DNA of 58,796 bases, the filler included, from Asterionella formosa (Eukaryota), in assembly GCA_002256025.1 (NCBI GenBank). It is 8 parts of 8 records of this genome, joined end to end, with 100 filler letters (N's around TTAATTAATTAA, not from the genome) between each part and the next. Parts side by side here need not be neighbours in the genome. Positions count along the whole stretch, not along the records: positions 7,384 to 14,661 come from NKIB01012486.1; positions 14,762 to 22,035 come from NKIB01012487.1; positions 22,136 to 29,391 come from NKIB01012488.1; 5 more parts are not named here. One strand, given 5' to 3'. Positions 12,703 through 23,590 of the stretch are shown piece by piece. Both the position numbers and the translations under genes were made by a program. The notes under the pieces were generated by a model. That model had not been told where the DNA came from. It was given only the letters and a program-made list of their open reading frames with translations, and did not search any database. How positions within the stretch are numbered: position 1 is the stretch's first letter; every line of letters starts with the position of its first letter.

Positions 12703-13970
12703 CCACTTAATAACTGTAAGCCACCGCTATGGCGACTTTGAAGTGTAAGCCACCGCTAAACAGAGTAAACGCACAGTTTGAACTTAGTTTGCAAGATACT
12801 AAGCTGTTCATTGTCACAAACGATTTGTCCAGATTTATATAGCAAGTAAAAAATTATGTACTTGTATTGTTGCATGGTGTACGTTGTTAATTAGGCATTA
12901 TCGCCCAAAGGGTGCGGTCGACGCGAAATTGCGAAAATTGGATATTTTCACGTTTACCAGTACTCTATTGAGCAAGCATCACCTTTTATGTATGTATACA
13001 AGTATGAGAATGTTCCTCTGCCAGGAAACTAGTTTAGTATCCCCAAAAATGTATCTACCGGTAATATGGCAACGACATCATTGCACTTTCGCTCGTGTGC
13101 CATAATAAAGAGAAAAATTCACTTAGGAAAATGTAAATTAGGAATTCCTGGCGCGCCCAAACTAATAGTACAAAATTTAAATGCAAATACAACAATCACG
13201 CATCACAATACGAATCATCATGACCTGGAAAGCATGGCACCTTGACAACAAGGCAAAGCCTTGCCTCGAAAGAAGCTGTCTCCTGAAGAGCTTCACAGCG
13301 TTCAGATTCGCCTTAACAACGTGATTAGGGAGCTAGAATCTAAGAAGGCTAACAATGCTGGAAAATGCCTTATGGTGCTATTTCTGGGACAGTATTAGCT
13401 ACGTAATCAACACATTTTCCCTTGGATATCTTTTAACCACCAAGTGAAGAATGAATTAAAACGAAGTGCTAAACTAGAAGTTAAGTCTATACTACTTCTC
13501 TTTCCCTCATTCAATCATCAACTGCAACCATGTCTACATTGACACCTGACCTTTGTGGGCCTACCAAACCTATTTTCTTGAATGCTGATGGCAGCTTTGC
13601 CTTTTTATTTCCCAGCATCCTCAGTCATTATTCATATGAAGTTGTCAAGGAGGAAGAGGATGACAACAATGAAGGGTTTGAGTGACACTGAGATTCAATT
13701 AACCAAACCACAAAGAACATTGATGCACCCATAGAAGCTAGTACTACTGCCGCTCTCCCTCCTGATGAGTTAAACCTCCATACTGGCTTTCTGCAACAAT
13801 TGTTGCCTTTGGAAAAATTATATCCTCATGGCTTGATACACTGAATCAAAACTGATTACCTGGTACTTAATGGTATAGCAGAGAGCATCGTCTAGCATAC
13901 ACTTGCACATGCATCAAGTTTTAACATAAATATTTTCAGTCTGGAGATGGAGTATTACAGTTTTAAGTGG
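12703..13970. mobile_element. Non-autonomous TIR element (about 1.27 kb) with TA target duplication
   Basis: TA|CCACTTAATAACTGTAA ... TTACAGTTTTAAGTGG|TA; its ends recur at 29844-30044 on another contig. Confidence 0.75.
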
Positions 13971-14079
13971 TACCTGGTACATACTATATAGTAGGAGTAC
14001 CAGGTTACCTCTTCGAGAAAATGAGGCGACCGTATACTATCTTAGTATCAGGTACCGTTAGTACCCCTTTCATTGTATG

Positions 14080-14415
14080 TACCAGTGTACCAGTATGCCG
14101 GGACCAGGGACCAGTACCAGGTACCTACCACGTAGCATACTAGCCATACAGGAACTGGTGTTCCTGGTCCCAGGTGCAGCGAATTCTTCAGAAGGGGATA
14201 CCAGGTACCAGGTACCTGGTACCTGGTACCAGGTACCTGGTACCTGGTACCTGGTACCTGGTACCCGGTACTACCAGGTACCAGGATAACCCCTGTAGTA
14301 AGTAGCTGGACGCACCCTATTAATGTTTTTCTGGTGGTACCGTACCAGGTACCAGGGTACCAGGCACCAGCGGGTAGTAGAGCACGGATGTGTTTTGGTA
14401 CCAGGTACCAGGTGC
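14080..14415. repeat. TACCWGG heptamer array (about 12 adjacent units at 14199-14285) plus scattered units
   Basis: TACCAGG-TACCAGG-TACCTGG-TACCTGG-TACCAGG-TACCTGG... seen directly. Confidence 0.9.
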
Positions 14416-14549
14416 CGGTATGTATTTATTACCTGCATGGAATTGTAAACTGCATGCACGCATGACTGCTACATGTACAATATAAAGAGAATTACCGAAA
14501 ATGCATCTTACGATCACATCTGCAAACAAAACATCGTGCGTTATCCATC

Positions 14550-14657
14550 ATGAAGCTATCTACGGTTGCCGTTGCCCTTGCTCTTGCCGTCTCCGCCAGG
14601 GCCGCTGATGTCCCCAGCTTGACCCCTGAAAACTACGATGAGCTTACTGCTGGGAAG
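14550..14657 (+). CDS. First exon of a secreted thioredoxin/protein disulfide isomerase-like protein (truncated by contig end)
   Basis: MKLSTVAVALALAVSARAADVPSLTPENYDELTAGK followed by GT donor; signal peptide plus LTxxNYDE start typical of PDI thioredoxin domains. Active site not present in the window. Confidence 0.65.
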
Positions 14658-14661
14658 GTAC

Positions 14662-14761
14662 NNNNNNNNNNNNNNNNNNNNNNNNNNNNNNNNNNNNNNN
14701 NNNNNTTAATTAATTAANNNNNNNNNNNNNNNNNNNNNNNNNNNNNNNNNNNNNNNNNNNN
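14662..14761. other. Artificial contig linker
   Basis: 100 nt of N with central TTAATTAATTAA. Confidence 0.97.
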
Positions 14762-15060
14762 AGTTAACACAGTCACCAATTTACCAGAAATTTCACATAT
14801 CAATAATAAGACATCAGAATATATTGCGATGAAATTTAAAAAATGATTGGTTGGACGGATATCTCCATCCAGAAGGTTGTATACATGACAATGGAGGTCA
14901 ATTTACTGGTATTCCTTTCATACACATTAAAAGCCTATGTACAAGTCATGTTAAAGGCTCATCCTCCAATCAAGGAATTTCAAGTTCAGAATATTGTGGA
15001 TACCAGTTGCTGCATCATATGCAGCTCGAGCTACTATTTATAGTACATTGTGTATTTTCA
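14762..15060 (+). pseudogene. Degenerate Ty3/Gypsy-type integrase fragment
   Basis: Frameshifted VTNLPEISHINNKTSEYIAMKF / WLDGYLHPEGCIHDNGGQFTG matches the integrase core around the second catalytic Asp. Confidence 0.65.
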
Positions 15061-15389
15061 CCAGGAACATGGGTTTTACAACATGATTTGATTATAGATA
15101 TGTAATTGATATTGGGATATCAATGTCGATAAGTGATAATTGACAAATGACTACGTCGTGATACTTTCCGTCGTCGTTCTTGCGATTACAAGGTTGTTGA
15201 TGAGGTTTTAATCCTATCGGATAATCCTACTACCTTGGATAACCATGGACGAGGTCCTTATTCTATTTATTCAAGTATATGCCAATGGTCCAGTTACTTT
15301 TCAACAAACTATGCATACTACGGACTGAATTAATATCCATTACATCAAACCTTTTCAAAGGTAAAAGGTTTTCCCTTGGTGTGGGAGAG

Positions 15390-15586
15390 TGAGCGATCTT
15401 GCGCATCAATACAGATGTATATAGGGTTAGTGTTATATCATGTATGTATAAGAACTCAATAATGAGAGAACTCGACTAACCCTCATTGTATACTTTGGTG
15501 TCGACTTGGAGAACGAGTTACACACAAGGATTAACAAATAAGCTCATATATTCAACAAATACTACTACTTCTAGTTAGATACTTCA
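15390..15586 (+). repeat. LTR-like repeat (TG...CA, about 197 bp), probable 3' LTR
   Basis: Near-identical to 39878-40082; starts TGAG, ends TTCA, preceded by purine run GGGAGAG, downstream of the integrase remnant. Confidence 0.7.
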
Positions 15587-16214
15587 CCAGGTACCTTAGT
15601 ACCGGTACTACCGGTACAGCTATTAGCACTTGATATCATGCATGTACTGTCAATCTGAATCCTACGATGGTACAAAATTGAACGCTGTTTCTACATGTTT
15701 TTGGGGAGAAAAGTCTCCCCAAAAAGCCGCTGCTGACGGGGCCGCAGAAAATATACGTGTTAAAAGCTAGAGGGGAATAAATGTCAGCGCGGAAAAAAGG
15801 GGAGAATTTCTCCCCAAAAATGTAGGAGTATCTCCTACATTCTCCCCATTTTTCCACGCTTCTGGAGCTTCCACGCCGTCTTAACAACCCTAGCGATATA
15901 TTCTCCAAACTAGGGTTAAGCCGCCTACTGTGTAGATTGAAGTACATCATAGAAATATTTTGGAAAAAACAGACCTCGCGATGTGTAACTGCGGCGTCGC
16001 AATATTTTGCATTATAAAAAATTGATGCTGCCATGACTCATTGCATCGCAGTTGCATTACCGGTATTTTATTTTCATTCATGAATCCCAACACTTTCACG
16101 AGGAGCAGATCAAAAATATTTCACCTCACGAATCCACCTGCCAAGTCATGTTTTTTCCTGAATCTCATGTCAGTACATATCTTGACACTCCAATCATATT
16201 ACACCTCATGAATC

Positions 16215-16280
16215 CAAGTCATACTTCTCAAGTCATACTTCTCAAGTCATACTTCTCAAGTCATACTTCTCAAGTCATAC
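16215..16280. repeat. 14-bp tandem repeat CAAGTCATACTTCT, about 4.7 copies
   Basis: Perfect units seen directly, about 160 bp upstream of the chitinase ATG. Confidence 0.9.
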
Positions 16281-16440
16281 ATCGGTAGACCATTACTGGT
16301 ATGAAAATCTACATCCTTTATCTTTGTCTCACAAATGTAGAACCATCATCATCAGTGGACTACTGATATAAGTTGTTCTTCGTTACTTCATAACTTCATA
16401 AAATCGAAATATTCAACAGTGAAACTGCCATCAAGAAACA

Positions 16441-18036
16441 ATGATTTTTAGACACCTTTTCATCAAAGCAGCAGCATTGGCTTTGCTGTTCTCGGTTCCA
16501 ACTACAGGACAGGAAGTCGAGGAAATCACTCATAAGAACCTCCGCAGTACCAGAACTGATGCTACTCTTCCCGTTGATGAGGAGGGCTGGGAGAACAATT
16601 CCCGGACGCTTCAGACAGCAGGGTCGGACAGTCGCCTAGTTGCATATGTGCCAAACTGGAAGCCATGCCCAACCGCTGCGCAAACAGCCAAGTATACTCA
16701 TATAAACATTGCATTTGCCGTTACATACACTTGGAACCCAAATGGTCCAGTCACGTGCAGCAACACTTGCACAATCCAACCTATCGCTGTTTGTAACAAT
16801 GCCCCTAACCCAGGCCTTGTTTCAGCATGGAAGGCCGCTGGGAAGAAGGTCATTATATCTTTTGGTGGGGCAACCATGGGAGGCCACTGGGATCCACCCC
16901 CCAATGGATGCTGGGAACAATGCTTTGGCAAGGAGGATTCGGTTGTCAGCCAGCTCAACAATATTGTGAGGAATCAAGGTTTCGATGGAGTGGACATCGA
17001 TTATGAATATTATTATGAGACGGCAGCACAGCAGAACTTTCTCACGAAGGTCACAACTGGCCTCCGTTCTAGTCTTCCTGCCGGAAGTATTGTTTCACAT
17101 GCGCCAATTGATGGAGACCTTGTGCCAGGTAAAGGCTATTATGAAGCTCTCAAGAGAGTTTCATCCTCGGTCAGTTTCCTCAATGTTCAGTATTACAATG
17201 GTATCACAAGGCCTATCATGAATGGACTCAGTGGAACTGGAAATGGAGCATCGCAATCTGCTATTTCGCACTTTAGAACCGTGGTGGACAACTTGTTTGG
17301 TGGCAATCCGACAAAGGTAGTGTTTGGGTTTTGCCTGAATGACTGTGCAAGCCTTAACAGTAATTCAAATGGAAACCAAGCAGCAGCAGTAATGAGCAGT
17401 TTGAAGAGTGCCTATCCCTGCAATGGTGGAGCTATGTTTTGGGAGTCTGCCAGTGTAAACGAACAAAACACTGCCTGGTCAACTCCAGTTAGTGTGGTAA
17501 CGAGCTCATCTACTGGTTGCTCGATCAATCAACCACCAATCAATCAACCACCAATCAATCAACCACCAATCAATCAACCACCCCTTGTCCCCAACTGGAG
17601 CACCTGTACTAAAGGAGTGTCAACTTGTGCTAATAATTGGGTTTGCTGTGTTGCACCTGCTGATGTTTCCACTAGCAAGGCCACTTGTCGACCAGACTCT
17701 AGTAGCCAAAACTGTGCTACTTCTACACCTAATACTCCTGGTACATGTGGCAATGCGCAGAGGGGCAATGGAAAGTGCCCAAATCCCAGCATGTGTTGCA
17801 GCCCATATGGTTGGTGTGGCACTGGTTCTGCCTATTGTGTTCCTACTTCTACGCCTAATACTCCTGGTACATGTGGCAATGCTCAGAGGGGCAATGGAAA
17901 ATGCCCAAATCCCAGTTTGTGTTGCAGCCAATATGGTTGGTGTGGCACTGGTTCTGCCTATTGTGGGAGACGACGCTCCCTTCTTGGAGGAAACCACAAC
18001 TCCACAATTGTGGTTGATGCCACTGAAGCAAACTAA
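16441..18036 (+). CDS. Secreted GH18 chitinase with Pro-rich linker, Cys-rich module and two hevein-like (CBM18) domains
   Basis: Signal peptide; ISFGG and catalytic FDGVDIDYE (DxxDxDxE); QYYN; (INQPP)4 linker; two CCSxYGWCGTGSAYC repeats with 126-bp period. Confidence 0.93.
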   Translation: MIFRHLFIKAAALALLFSVPTTGQEVEEITHKNLRSTRTDATLPVDEEGWENNSRTLQTAGSDSRLVAYVPNWKPCPTAAQTAKYTHINIAFAVTYTWNPNGPVTCSNTCTIQPIAVCNNAPNPGLVSAWKAAGKKVIISFGGATMGGHWDPPPNGCWEQCFGKEDSVVSQLNNIVRNQGFDGVDIDYEYYYETAAQQNFLTKVTTGLRSSLPAGSIVSHAPIDGDLVPGKGYYEALKRVSSSVSFLNVQYYNGITRPIMNGLSGTGNGASQSAISHFRTVVDNLFGGNPTKVVFGFCLNDCASLNSNSNGNQAAAVMSSLKSAYPCNGGAMFWESASVNEQNTAWSTPVSVVTSSSTGCSINQPPINQPPINQPPINQPPLVPNWSTCTKGVSTCANNWVCCVAPADVSTSKATCRPDSSSQNCATSTPNTPGTCGNAQRGNGKCPNPSMCCSPYGWCGTGSAYCVPTSTPNTPGTCGNAQRGNGKCPNPSLCCSQYGWCGTGSAYCGRRRSLLGGNHNSTIVVDATEAN

Positions 18037-19096
18037 ACTAGATTTTCAATTCATTTGACAATGTCAATGACAGCAAGAATGCATGAGAGCAAGAATGCAT
18101 GCTAACTAGACTGAAATGCAGCATTCAAGAGCCATTAGATGAGAATAGTAAAGCCAATAGGTATTATTCTTTTGTGATCATTAAATAGATGTTATTAGTT
18201 ATGTTATTCTTTGTAGGGGTGTCTTCAAGTGCACATATTGTCATTGTAATATCTGATAGTTCCCCACATGCACAACAAGATTGAAGCATCATATTTAATA
18301 GCAGACTATATCCTGCTAGCAGTGTTGGAGGTTACAGAAACTATGGGTGACATTGAGAGTATAATGATTCAAATTGTGAAATGGCTTATGAGATAAAAAG
18401 TGGGATCGAAATTAGTTGGAGTAGAAGCATTCTTGAATTGTTTTTGGTAAGATTGAATTTGGCAGGAGCAGGTTGGCAATATTGATATAGTTTATGGCTG
18501 GGTGCACAAAGACTAAAGTTTGGGTAGCCATAGTAGAGCTGGTATGTTATTTTTTTAGCTTTCGGTTGGATGCAGAATCTATCATGTCATTACAATTGCT
18601 TCATTACCTCTGACAATGGTGGTGAATATCTCCAGATTTTCTTTGTCTGCCATGTGCACTGCTAGCTGTATCTGACCATTTTGACCATCATGAGCCAAAG
18701 AGACATCTGTGCACACAGCAAACAATGCATCCATCCGTTTATATTGACTTGTTTCAAGGCTGTCTTAAGCGAACATGCGCTTCATGATTGAGGATGCAGC
18801 ACAGTTTAATTTAGCTTCGATGATAAGGGTGTTCAACAAGGTGCTCCCTCTCATGAGTTCTGCACCAAACATTCTAGAGATTCAATGTGGCCAACAAGTC
18901 CAAGTATACAGGCATTCCTTCCAAAATCGGAAATGTTGCTATTTCTTCTTTGTCACCACCAAATTGAAATTCGTTCCTGTCCTCCCTTCACAGTTGAAAG
19001 CGTCATCATGGGAGAAAGATTGTGTATTGACAAGGCTTTTAGCAGTCAGTCAGAGTAAGCCATTGTCAACGAAAATGTCTGAACAAGAAATTAGTG

Positions 19097-21661
19097 ATGG
19101 ATGATGCTATCAACAATGGCAACGGAGATGGATTGGAACAACCAAAAAAGCGAAAGAGGGGCAAGAGCAATGAATCAGAACCAATTATAATTAGTCCTGC
19201 TGAACATCATCAGATGAGAACAGATGCTGATGTATGGTGGCATTCTGGAGATGCTCGAAAGTTATTTGCTCCAACAAATGTATATGGGAATGGTGCGGAT
19301 GTCCGGAAAATTGTTCTTGAGAGAATAGGCATTATGGAGGATGTGAACAATCATTGGGACAGCTGGAGAAAGGTGGTGTATGGTGGTGACTCAAATAATA
19401 CCTGCTCCTGTTCAGATATCTTCACAATTCGCTTTCGAAGTCTGTCATTGGCACATGCAAAGAAGAATTTTGTGGAAAATGTTACAGGACACATTGGAAG
19501 TCAATCGACATGGATGCAGTCACTGATAAATTCAATACATCACATGAATGACATGGAAATTGAGGTTTACTTTAACTTTGAGACTTTGTCCCGATTGCAT
19601 CGCAAAATTGCATTGAATAGAACATTTTTCAGCAAGCCACCGGATCCAAAGGATGCCAGGCTTTGTCGCTGCTTTCTTGACAACCTGGATGCAATGGAAG
19701 CATTCAAGTCGCATGGCATCCAGAATATCAAAGATTTGCGGGTTGTATTAATGCATGAGTTTGTTGTGGATCAACTTGTCCCAGAGTTAGTTTCAAGACT
19801 TAAGATTGAAGTTGATGATTGGGTAACTATAACTTTGACAAATGAAGATTTAGCTGCTTTTTTATCATCATATGGTCTAACAACTCTTAGCATTACTACT
19901 ATATCTAGATGGATGCATGCTGTTGGATTTAGGTGCAAAAAAGTGAGAAGCATTACTTTGTGGATGGTCATGAGAGACCTGAAACAATAGCATACATGCC
20001 TATTTTTACAAACAAATCCCTTTCAATTGAGTTGCGCACACACAGATGGATTTAAATTACAAAGGTAGATTCTAAGCTATTAGAAAGCAATGGTGACATT
20101 GCAGAGAATTGTGGCTTTTACTATAACACTGATGATGGAGTTGAGATGGTTGAGTACCATGTTGATGCAAGCTATAAATTTCAAGACAAGATCAATGAGC
20201 TCCCATTTGGAGGCAACCTTAGTGTGAGGAAAAATTTGGAATCTAGACCTGTAATGTTCATTGGACAAGATGAGGCTATATATAAACAGTTTCTATTTTT
20301 ATCCAAGATGTGGGTTGGGCCTAAGGGCAAGCGGCCACTACTTACAAAGGATGAAGGTACAGGATCAATGATTTCTGCATTTGTCTGTCGTGAGCATGGG
20401 CTACTCCAACAGATACCAATAAATATCCTTGTAGAGATAAACCTCAGTCGCCTTGGGAAGAACTACACAGACGAGGAAGCTGCAATTGAAGTGTATGGTG
20501 GAAGACAAAAGAAGCCATTAGCAGCAGAAAAGTCTCCATTTCTTGTTGTGTTTGAATATGGAGAAAAACGAGAGGGATACTGGAACTATGCCCACATGGT
20601 GCTCCAGTTCGAAGATGCTGTTGATGTCCTGCAGGTGCTCTAGTACCCCACATTCGATTTTGTCTTTCTATGTGATCACAGTGCTGGTCACTCCAAGTAA
20701 CGAATTGATGGCCTCAATCAGCTCGATATGAATAAATTTTTTGGTGGAAGGTACTCTGCAATGAGAGAAACGGTCATTGAAAGGGAGCAAGGATTTTTGG
20801 GCCCATTCCCACAGACACTGAATGTTGGGGACACACAGCAAATGAATTTCGAAAATGGCCATGTTGGTCCATTCTGGATGTCACCGACACAAAAGGAATC
20901 AACACGACATGACATTCAATTAGGGACCACTCTACCAATGAAAGAAATCGTTCCGCCTTGGAATTAGACCTGAATCAACACCAAGGGAAAGAACAAGAAG
21001 GAGTTAGTTCAACGTGCGTTTTGCATGAAATTCCTACAGTCATAACTGTTGAAAATTTTCGTGAAGGATGGGAACGAAGAGCGAAGGGTTTGCTGCAAGT
21101 TCTTTGGGAAAGAGGATTCATTGACAGCACAAACCTAAACAAATATACACTTACTGGGAAGAAAGAACTCGGAATAGTCAACAATGTCAACAGCTTGAGA
21201 CACATAATGGGAATGTGTGCTGCTTTTTAAATGAAGAGGGAATGCTACAATATATTGCAACCAAGATTGGCGTCACGGTCCTCCTGACACCAAAATGTCA
21301 TGCTGAACTTGCAGGGGAAGGGATAGAGCACTACATATGGGCTTGTTCCAAGGGTGCATACAGAAATTTGAGCTTGAAAGAGAAGAAGGGGAAGGAAAAC
21401 TTCAATGCAAGTGTGCTCCATCGTCTTTCAGAACAAATCGTCACAATTCGAAGAATACGAAAGTTCGCACGGCGTGTTTGTCAGTACCTAATGGCTTACC
21501 ATGCCATTGATTCTGGTCAAGTTGACCAACAGACTCAACAAGGCTATTCCAAATATGGCCCTGTTGCCTTAACACGGCTCATCAATGACGAGTTCAAGAC
21601 ACATCGATGGGCCTTTGACTTTGACTACAAGTTCGTTCGGAGTGTGATGAATGATGATTGA
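19097..21661 (+). pseudogene. Decayed DDE transposase, IS630/Tc1/mariner-like
   Basis: Consecutive broken ORFs with HTH-like TTISRWMHAVGF, then FIGQDEAIY, FVFLCDHSAGH, KGLLQVLWERG and LTPKCHAELAGEGIE; several stops and frameshifts. Confidence 0.75.
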
Positions 21662-21864
21662 TGGTCTTGAGTTTCCTGTTGCATCAATCCTTTTACCTAC
21701 TAGCTACATAGCTGTATATCTTATTATAGAAATTTCATTTAGACTAAAAACGTCGCATACTAGATCTACGGTGGCTACCCAATCGAGTCCAAGCGTGCAC
21801 CTAGCCATAAAAAATTCAACAATTAGTTCACAATATAAGAAACATTGACTGGAGAACCGGAACT

Positions 21865-22035
21865 GGGCGCGCTCTGATAATAAAAAATTATTATATCATG
21901 TGTATTATAACACAAATTTTTTACAGTTATAAATAACAGTGCATTATATAAAAAGATGTTTAGACATGAATGACTATAAAGAATTTCCCGGAATATTTCA
22001 AGACTTGCTTGCTCATACTCAAAATGGCTTGCTCT
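21865..22035 (+). mobile_element. Left end of PIF/Harbinger element (truncated by contig end)
   Basis: ACT|GGGCGCGCTCTGATAATAAAAAATTATTATATCATGTG, same terminus as 46212. Confidence 0.8.
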
Positions 22036-22135
22036 NNNNNNNNNNNNNNNNNNNNNNNNNNNNNNNNNNNNNNNNNNNNTTAATTAATTAANNNNNNNNN
22101 NNNNNNNNNNNNNNNNNNNNNNNNNNNNNNNNNNN
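22036..22135. other. Artificial contig linker
   Basis: 100 nt of N with central TTAATTAATTAA. Confidence 0.97.
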
Positions 22136-23590
22136 TAGCATCTAAAGAAATTTATTCGAAACCAATTTAATCTACATATATTGATAGCATACATGTACAT
22201 ATCGCCAGATGCTGTTTTACATTGGCCGGCCACTCAAATATTGCGGGAAACAGAATGCAAGATGTCACTATGATAATTATAACATGAATAGAGCACCTAC
22301 TGGGTGGTTGCTCACCACAGCTACAATGGACAGTTCTCAAGTTTTACATTTGCTTCTCTAGCAATTGTGGACTCGTCACTGAGTATGACAAACAGTTGCT
22401 GTCAGTTGCTAGTACAAGTCCCAAATCTTCATGTCTCAAGTCATTGCGGGAGAATATATGCAGCTGCTTGTCAACAAATAGAGGAGGCATATACTACCTC
22501 AAACTTGCACCATGGCCCCCATCCATCATAATTAAATTTTTCCTATAAGACTTCATTCTGTTACCTCCATTAATTTCACAATGGTCAGGCCGTTAAGGTA
22601 TCAGCAAGGTACAGAGGAATGACAATCCAGTTAATATATGAAATATAATTCCACAGAGGTGCTGTCTAACATATTTTACTCAAATTTCACAAGGAAAGTC
22701 TCTTGTGTTGTATTCATTTGTTTTTGTTCAGTAATACCGGTACTCGGTAATAATTACCCTTATTAGCAGAGAAATATTACAACGTACCCCAGGTAAGCAA
22801 AGTCATTCAATAGTGAACAAGCACAGTATGGTGGAAATGTGTATGACCAATACATATGTATGTTGAACGACCATGCATGGATTTATACCGGGCAGCCAAC
22901 AGCTACCTTGCTGGTACGTGGCACCAGACAGCAGTAAAACCAACAGGGTATGAAATTAATTATATACCGCACAATAGTAGAATACTATTTGGTAAATAGT
23001 TTCTCTGTGTCCGGCGGCATATGGTATCGTCGTGATTGTGTCTAGTGTCAACAGGTGTTTCATATTTTGCTTGCTACTTAAAATATTTTCCTTTACTATA
23101 CGAAGCTTCTATTAAACAATATTATATACCACATCGGTAAATTAATGTTTTAATTTTGATCTAGCCAGGTAATAGCTGTAGTCTACCGTACTTTTCGAGG
23201 GACCATGCTGCCTAATGCGAGACAATGTACCGGTAGTACCAGGTACCGGTAATTAAAATGTGCTTCACATGATCCGCCAAAAAAGCAAAATGTAGTGTGT
23301 TCGCTCAAGCAAAGCACAGCAAGGCACGGCAGAACAAGTATGTCTTGAAAAATTCACATCTCAAGATTTCGTTTTGAGACTTTATTGTAGTCTATTGATT
23401 ATCGACAGTTGTTGTTGGAAACGCCACCATTCCAATCCACGATTTGATTCCGACGAAGGAACAGTTAATAACAAGCCTACAACACAGTCTGGATTGTTCG
23501 ACGAAGAACCAAAGCTATTGAAACGCCCAGAAAGATCTTTCCGAACGCATTCAAGTCGTGCGCAGCACCTATCGTCATTACAAACGAACC

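Noticed and set aside
14199..14285. Telomeric repeat or CRISPR array
   Set aside because: Units are near-palindromic, of mixed orientation and contig-internal; there are no unique spacers and no cas genes.
14077..14529. ORFs rich in YQVPGTW/YLVPG (also 2726-3331, 8360-9060, 55895-56194)
   Set aside because: They are translations of the TACCWGG repeat, which lacks stops in several frames on both strands.
16215..16280. CRISPR-like array (also 36439-36509)
   Set aside because: Head-to-tail tandem repeats without spacers.
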